Shown piece by piece: positions 59,100 to 64,000 of a stretch of 64,000 bases of DNA. The stretch comes from a virus, in UHGV virus genome UHGV-1368455, one strand, 5' to 3'. Numbering within the stretch: position 1 is the first letter of the stretch; each line of letters starts with the position of its first letter. Both the position numbers and the translations under genes were made by a program. The notes beneath the pieces are model-generated. The model saw only the letters and a list, made by a program, of their open reading frames with translations, made no database searches and was not told where the DNA came from.

Positions 59100-60563
59100 T
59101 TAATTACCATAAGAAATAATAAGCTGATTGTGAGCGCGAGAACAAGCAACATATAATCTACGAAGCATATCATCCATGTCAGGATAAATACGTCCTCGTT
59201 TATCAAAAACAATATCATTCATATCAACAAAGACAATGTCATAAGTACTACCTTGTGATTTATGACTTGTTATAGCAAAACCATAATCAATATCACGAGG
59301 ATATATAATTTTTCCAGCTCTATCAATTATATTGGCAGCCATAAGATATTTCTTTTTGAAAGAATAGTATTGTTTCCATTTAGCAGTACGAGTATTACCA
59401 ACAGCTTTACGAGCCTCAGTAATAAGATTAGTGATAGTTTTATGATACATTTGAATAGTATATCTATCACGATGGTCTATAATAAACAAAGGCTTAGTAA
59501 CACCGCCGCCATGCACCATTTGGAATTTAACAAGAAAACCTTTGAAAGAATATTTATCGTCAGTATAATCAACAATATCATTAATAATATATTCTTCACT
59601 GTTATTAATAACAGTATCAAGAAAATCATCAACAATAGTTTCATATGACATAATAAGGTCATTCTTGGTAATTATATTCTTATCGGCGTCTTTAATAATA
59701 CTATTACGAATATAATTATTCCAATTTGCTACACAAGCATTTGTATAAGCAATAATACGGTACATATCAATGTTCTTAGTATATTCTTCATTGTGAAACG
59801 ACCTATCAATAATATTTTGAAACTCAGTTTTACCACAAATACTAAAACCTTCGTTTATATCATTATATGAATCAATACCTTTATGAGTAGAAACATATTG
59901 AATAAATGAAGTAGTTTTATGGTCTATATCATATCTAAGCATTTCAAGAATATTAGTAATAGGATTAGTTGCACCTTGTCGAACAATCTCTCGCAATTCA
60001 TAACGTTCAAAACATCTATCAAATGCAATGGAACGTTTTTCATTAACAGGAGCAAGCTGATGGTCATCACCTATAAATATAAGTTTGATAAATTGTTCTT
60101 TACAAATCTTACAAATATAAGTAACAAGTTTAGCAGGTATCATAGAAGCCTCATCAATAATTAAAACTCTGGTATTCTCATATATTTTAGGTTTACCAAG
60201 AGGATTAAATTGAGGATGTTTAGGGTCAAAATCTTCAAGTCTTAAATCAAGTCTTAATCCAAGAACACTTTGAACAGTATTAACTTCTTTTCCACCAATA
60301 GCTTGACTAAATACACGACACGCTTTATGAGTAGGAGAAGCACAAACAATTGCGCTATTACTATATTTACAGTTACGTATAATATAGTTAGTAACAAATG
60401 TCTTACCAGTACCGCCAGCACCAATTAACCCCACTATATATTTAGTGGGGTCAAAAGGTTTGGCAATAAAACTGATAATATTATCAACGGCATTTTGTTG
60501 GTCGTTGGTAAATTTAACATTACTTTTTATAGTTCTGTCTTTACCAATATTATCAAGTTCCAT
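59100..60563 (-). CDS. SF1 DNA helicase, Dda/RecD/Pif1-like
   Basis: Walker A GLIGAGGTGKTFV; motif II VLIIDEASMI; C-terminal ITSHKSQGSTYD. Confidence 0.85.
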   Translation of the reverse strand: MELDNIGKDRTIKSNVKFTNDQQNAVDNIISFIAKPFDPTKYIVGLIGAGGTGKTFVTNYIIRNCKYSNSAIVCASPTHKACRVFSQAIGGKEVNTVQSVLGLRLDLRLEDFDPKHPQFNPLGKPKIYENTRVLIIDEASMIPAKLVTYICKICKEQFIKLIFIGDDHQLAPVNEKRSIAFDRCFERYELREIVRQGATNPITNILEMLRYDIDHKTTSFIQYVSTHKGIDSYNDINEGFSICGKTEFQNIIDRSFHNEEYTKNIDMYRIIAYTNACVANWNNYIRNSIIKDADKNIITKNDLIMSYETIVDDFLDTVINNSEEYIINDIVDYTDDKYSFKGFLVKFQMVHGGGVTKPLFIIDHRDRYTIQMYHKTITNLITEARKAVGNTRTAKWKQYYSFKKKYLMAANIIDRAGKIIYPRDIDYGFAITSHKSQGSTYDIVFVDMNDIVFDKRGRIYPDMDDMLRRLYVACSRAHNQLIISYGN

Positions 60564-61020
60564 TATTTATAAAATTTAGAAAATTAGCTTTGATTTCATC
60601 ATAATTACGACGATAATATTCAAGAGCTTCATGAGATTCTGCGTCAGTTAAATCTATAAATATCTTTTTGACATCAAATAATTCTCGATTATCAATAAGT
60701 ATAAGATTACCACTAACGATACATCCAGCAGCAAATGGACACCAATATCGAGTATCAAGTTCTCCTTTGTCTTCAGCACCACGAACAAGACAATATCTAT
60801 TCCTGTCTTTGAAAGTATGAAAAACAAATTGTCTATCTTTACAAGAAAAACTTTCATTAGTAAATTGATAAACTTTACCAAAAACTTTAACATAATATGT
60901 TGCGTTACGATTTACCCATACAACACCAGCAACATCTTTCTCTATAATTTGACTTGATAGAGGATTTTTATTTTTCTTCTTAGTCGCTTTTTTCTGAAGA
61001 GAAAAGTCAAAATATGGCAT
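60553..61020 (-). CDS. hypothetical protein (155 aa)
   Basis: 11-nt overlap with helicase gene. Confidence 0.45.
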   Translation of the reverse strand: MPYFDFSLQKKATKKKNKNPLSSQIIEKDVAGVVWVNRNATYYVKVFGKVYQFTNESFSCKDRQFVFHTFKDRNRYCLVRGAEDKGELDTRYWCPFAAGCIVSGNLILIDNRELFDVKKIFIDLTDAESHEALEYYRRNYDEIKANFLNFINNGT

Positions 61021-61029
61021 AAAAACATA

Positions 61030-61341
61030 TTATTTAGATTTAACACGTTTCATAGCATTTTTAGCCATAGCAGCCATATTAAGTTTTCTTGATTTCTTAA
61101 CGTCACGATAAGTTTGTCCATCATTATCATCAACAATTGAAGATTTAACAGTAGAAGTAGTAAAAACTACATGATAGCCATGTACATGACGAAGATAATC
61201 AATTTTACCCCAAGAGCCATTTCCTACATCAGTAGCACCTTTTTTAATTTCAATCCGCATGAGAGAAGGACTAACACGAATACTACTTTTGCGAGAAAGA
61301 GAACGAGCAACACTCACTTCATCATAATGTTTTTTAGCCAT
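61030..61341 (-). CDS. basic hypothetical protein (103 aa)
   Basis: Lys/Ser-rich; possibly nucleic-acid binding. Confidence 0.4.
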   Translation of the reverse strand: MAKKHYDEVSVARSLSRKSSIRVSPSLMRIEIKKGATDVGNGSWGKIDYLRHVHGYHVVFTTSTVKSSIVDDNDGQTYRDVKKSRKLNMAAMAKNAMKRVKSK

Positions 61342-61392
61342 AATTTTACGTAAGTTTTAATGTTTAACAAAATAATAAATGATAACACTTAA

Positions 61393-61644
61393 TTAGATAG
61401 TAATTTCACGTTTTTGAACAAATGTAAGTTTACCATGATAACCTCTACAAGCAAGTTCTTCCATTAATTCACGAGGAGTAAACTCAGCAAGTTTAGGATT
61501 ACCATCCTTACCTTTGGCTTTACAAGCATCGCAAACATGGCAATGACCATCTTTACTACGTGGGTCAATTCTAAAAGCACTAAACGGAAGAAGTTGACCA
61601 CAACTTTTGCAACGTTTAGTTGCAATTTGCTTTTCATCACACAT
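61393..61644 (-). CDS. zinc-finger/zinc-ribbon protein (83 aa; CKSCG ... HCHVCDAC)
   Basis: Two CxxC-type pairs; first gene after AT-rich non-coding region. Confidence 0.45.
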   Translation of the reverse strand: MCDEKQIATKRCKSCGQLLPFSAFRIDPRSKDGHCHVCDACKAKGKDGNPKLAEFTPRELMEELACRGYHGKLTFVQKREITI

Positions 61645-61907
61645 AATTTTAATTGTTTAATTGTTATTTATAAATATAATCCAAAGTATAATTTGTAGTA
61701 GTAATGCAATAATAAATATAATTATACTATCTTTATTATAATGATTATCCATAAATAAATAATATTTAATTATTAATATTCGATATAACAAGCGTAAGCT
61801 GTATAGTAGTATAAGTCATCAGCTATCATATATAAATACAATATAAAGCTAATAACAGCTTAAATATCGAATGTGTTGGTGCAGTCCAGTATCGGACAAA
61901 TATAAAA

Positions 61908-61990
61908 TCGCCATGACGACATTATTTGCGGCAACATTAAAAGCATAAGTTGGAAAGCTATTTGCGACAAGATAAATATCATCATGGCGA
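61908..61990. repeat. imperfect 15-bp inverted repeat (TCGCCATGACGACAT / ATATCATCATGGCGA) enclosing direct repeat TATTTGCG[G/A]CAA, in AT-rich non-coding region next to tRNA
   Basis: 12 of 15 complementary positions; direct repeats at ~61924 and ~61958. Confidence 0.4.
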
Positions 61991-62134
61991 ACGATAAAAC
62001 AAATCTATTAAAATGACTGCAATATACATAATAATTATTATCACAATAATCATTATATACAATATGATTATATTTCACAATATAAGCATATTTTAGAATT
62101 AGCATTGTAAATATAAAACCAACACAAAAACAAG

Positions 62135-62205
62135 TTGGAGTAAGAGGATTCGAACCTCTACTAACAGAATCAAAATCTGTGGTGCTACCGTTACACTATA
62201 CTCCA
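62135..62205 (-). tRNA. tRNA-Gln (anticodon UUG)
   Basis: Minus-strand sequence TGGAGTATAGTGTAACGGTAGCACCACAGATTTTGATTCTGTTAGTAGAGGTTCGAATCCTCTTACTCCA. 7-bp acceptor stem; D arm GTGT/GCAC; anticodon stem ACAGA/TCTGT with loop TTTTGAT; T arm AGAGG-TTCGAAT-CCTCT. Confidence 0.75.
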
Positions 62206-62376
62206 ATATTATCATCTATATTACTTAATACACCATACATTAACAATAACATATTTAGTATCATGATATGACGTTCAAAAAACATAATTAGACTTTATAG
62301 AAAGTTGCATACAAAGGCATTTAGTAGCAACAAGACTAAATAGTCTACATTTCATATAGATGATAATAGTAATATC

Positions 62377-62841
62377 TTATTTACGATTTCTAAGAAGAGC
62401 AATGAGTTCTTCTTTGCTCATAGTATCATAATCGTCAGAGGGTTTAGCAGCAAGAGCTTTTTGACATTTATCAGATGTGCATTTCAATGTAGCATTAATC
62501 ATACGATAAAAACGCATATTATCATTTATAATGCTTTTAAGCTCATCTTTACTCAAATTACTAATATTATTATCGTCTCTATTAAAGACAATTAAATTAC
62601 GAATGACAGCTTTACAAATATCGCTCCAAGTGTCAACTTTATCATATTTACTATTATTGGCAAGCCAATCAACACAAGCATGATGTTCTTTAACAAAACG
62701 ATGATTATCACTGGATAATGTACCAGCAAGCATCTCTTCTAAAATATCAAATATATTCTTTTTCATATTAATATCCAAATTCATTGGCAGCTTCTTCATC
62801 ATTATCACCTTCAATAACTTGTGGTTCAAAACCGATTTCAT
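62377..62841 (-). CDS. hypothetical protein (154 aa; alternative start ATG at 62766)
   Basis: Preceded by the motif inverted pair. Confidence 0.45.
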   Translation of the reverse strand: MKSVLNHKLLKVIMMKKLPMNLDINMKKNIFDILEEMLAGTLSSDNHRFVKEHHACVDWLANNSKYDKVDTWSDICKAVIRNLIVFNRDDNNISNLSKDELKSIINDNMRFYRMINATLKCTSDKCQKALAAKPSDDYDTMSKEELIALLRNRK

Positions 62842-62920
62842 CTAAATCAGTATCAAAGGCTTCACTATGAATAGCAATACCATCATCTTCATAAATGTTA
62901 TTCATACGAGATAGAATTAA

Positions 62921-62940
62921 ATACCCCGTAGAGAAGATAA
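62921..62940 (+). repeat. motif copy 17, variant, intergenic (ATACCCCGTAGAGAAGATAA)
   Basis: Left arm of second inverted pair in gap 62842..63023. Confidence 0.75.
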
Positions 62941-63000
62941 CTGTGTTTATTGCAACTTTACTAATAATAGTATGGCACTAAGCAACAACTAAACATTAAT

Positions 63001-63022
63001 AATCCCTCTACGGGGTAGATTT
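63001..63022 (-). repeat. motif copy 18, reverse orientation, intergenic (AATCCCTCTACGGGGTAGATTT)
   Basis: Right arm of second inverted pair; 60-bp interior; ends 1 nt before stop of 63024..63632. Confidence 0.9.
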
Positions 63023-63023
63023 A

Positions 63024-63632
63024 TCAATCTACATCAGCAGTTGCGTTATCATCTGTCGCAACAGAAGAAGTAGCATTACGTTCATTAAGTTCAACAATGT
63101 TATCAACCTCGTCTTGGTCAACAGCTTTTGTAATACCAACGCTCATTTCTTTATGACAGAAAGCGTCGATAGTGCGTTGAGCAGAAGCACTGAAAGAACT
63201 AAATGAAGCAACAAGTGCATTAAGAAAGAAAGGCTCATTGTAAGAATACTCACGCATAAGACCGTTACACTTAACAGCAAATTTATTCCACTTAAAGGTA
63301 ACATAACGATGTTCACCACGTATTTCACCTTTTTGCAGAAGATAATTAAGAATACCAAGAGCAGTGAATCGACGAATCTCTGCATTATTCTTAATAAGCA
63401 GAGCAATATTCACATAATGCTCAGGATAATTCTTAGCCGTATCAGGAATACCAGCTTTCTTACTCTTACGAGTAGGAGCTTGTGCTGGTTCAGCAGGAGC
63501 AGTAGCTTCTTCTGGATTAGCAACCTGTGCTGTTTCAACAGCATTTTCTTTGTTAGCACTTGCTGCAAGAGCAGCTTTCTTTGCTGCATAACGGCTACGT
63601 GCAGCAACACCATTTTTCTTTAATTCAGTCAT
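63024..63632 (-). CDS. hypothetical protein with Ala/Lys-rich histone-like N-terminus (202 aa), first gene after upstream AT-rich leader
   Basis: N-terminus AARSRYAAKKAALAASANKE...; higher GC; 370-bp non-coding region upstream. Confidence 0.5.
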   Translation of the reverse strand: MTELKKNGVAARSRYAAKKAALAASANKENAVETAQVANPEEATAPAEPAQAPTRKSKKAGIPDTAKNYPEHYVNIALLIKNNAEIRRFTALGILNYLLQKGEIRGEHRYVTFKWNKFAVKCNGLMREYSYNEPFFLNALVASFSSFSASAQRTIDAFCHKEMSVGITKAVDQDEVDNIVELNERNATSSVATDDNATADVD

Positions 63633-63702
63633 GACTGTAAGATTTTAATTGTTAGTATAATTATTATTACTAAGAGCAATATTACTATCACTCTTACATT
63701 TG

Positions 63703-63734
63703 CAAAGATATAATAATATTATTATATAGCCAAA
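63703..63734 (-). promoter_or_regulatory. putative Bacteroidetes-type promoter on minus strand: TTTG (63734..63731), 20-nt spacer, TATCTTTG (63710..63703)
   Basis: Reverse complement of CAAAGATA and CAAA with consensus spacing; ~70 nt upstream of ATG 63632. Confidence 0.35.
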
Positions 63735-64000
63735 TAATTAACAAAATAATTTCGACTAATAACAATTATATTGCCGATAATAACTATAAAATTAGCTATT
63801 TTAATACCAGCAGTAATAACTTTAATAATATTGTTATTAATAGTGTTCATAATCAAACTATATATTATATTTGTCCTCCAAAATTAGAATGAACAAGTAT
63901 TTTTAATTGATAATATAGTTGAGAATGAAATTTAGAACGTACAACAGGTGTAAGATGCAGCTGTTGGCAATATTTACAATATAACTCATATTGATGATTA

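Noticed and set aside
61860-62105. 81-aa minus-strand ORF in the AT-rich region next to the tRNA
   Set aside because: Low-complexity sequence (Tyr/Asn/Ile/Leu runs) driven by AT-richness. It overlaps the repeat cluster and lies directly upstream of the tRNA, so it is more likely non-coding.
1-64000. Alternative genetic code (TAG or TGA reassignment), as seen in some crAss-like phages
   Set aside because: ORFs of 14.2 kb, 6.7 kb and 3.9 kb are uninterrupted under the standard code and gene boundaries are tight with normal stops, so no recoding is needed.
1-64000. CRISPR array, diversity-generating retroelement, integrase/attachment site
   Set aside because: No spacer-repeat periodicity and no reverse-transcriptase YxDD motif were seen. 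The only near-identical long repeats are the 25-mer motif copies, and no tyrosine- or serine-recombinase signature was seen in any ORF.

Overview
AT-rich (~30% GC) double-stranded DNA phage segment with standard genetic code; no integrase, CRISPR array or reverse transcriptase is visible. It consists of two convergent gene blocks meeting at a bidirectional terminator at 40003..40050.

Plus-strand block (1..39976): tail fibre and virion genes. It includes a collagen-like fibre, a laminin-G/concanavalin-like domain protein, several Lys/Gly-rich basic proteins, and three giant ORFs of 895, 2237 and 4722 aa. The 4722-aa ORF carries a DFDVD motif resembling the RNA polymerase (RNAP) beta-prime NADFDGD catalytic loop, as in the virion RNAPs of crAss-like phages. 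The 2237-aa ORF carries an HExxH motif.

Minus-strand block (63632..40078): replication and nucleotide-metabolism genes. These are an SF1 Dda/RecD-like helicase, a proofreading family-B DNA polymerase, a TOPRIM primase, a ligase-like nucleotidyltransferase with a KxNG motif, a protein with an SSB-like acidic tail ending ...DDMPF, a possible RecT-like annealing protein, a deoxynucleoside monophosphate (dNMP) kinase-like P-loop protein, a divergent flavin-dependent thymidylate synthase (ThyX)-like protein, a dUTPase, and tRNA-Gln(UUG).

Most striking feature: at least 18 copies of a GC-rich ~20-bp motif, consensus GAACTCCCCCGTAGAGGGAT (core CCCCGTAGAGGG), are scattered on both strands. Fourteen sit in frame inside unrelated genes and encode SPVEG, LPRRG, PSTGE or LYGGV depending on frame and orientation; the one frame that would read TAG is never used. 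Four form two inverted pairs in intergenic gaps of the minus block. Two copies are identical 25-mers in two different genes. This looks like a miniature selfish element or a protein-recognition site that has colonised coding DNA. It is the best candidate here for an undescribed system.
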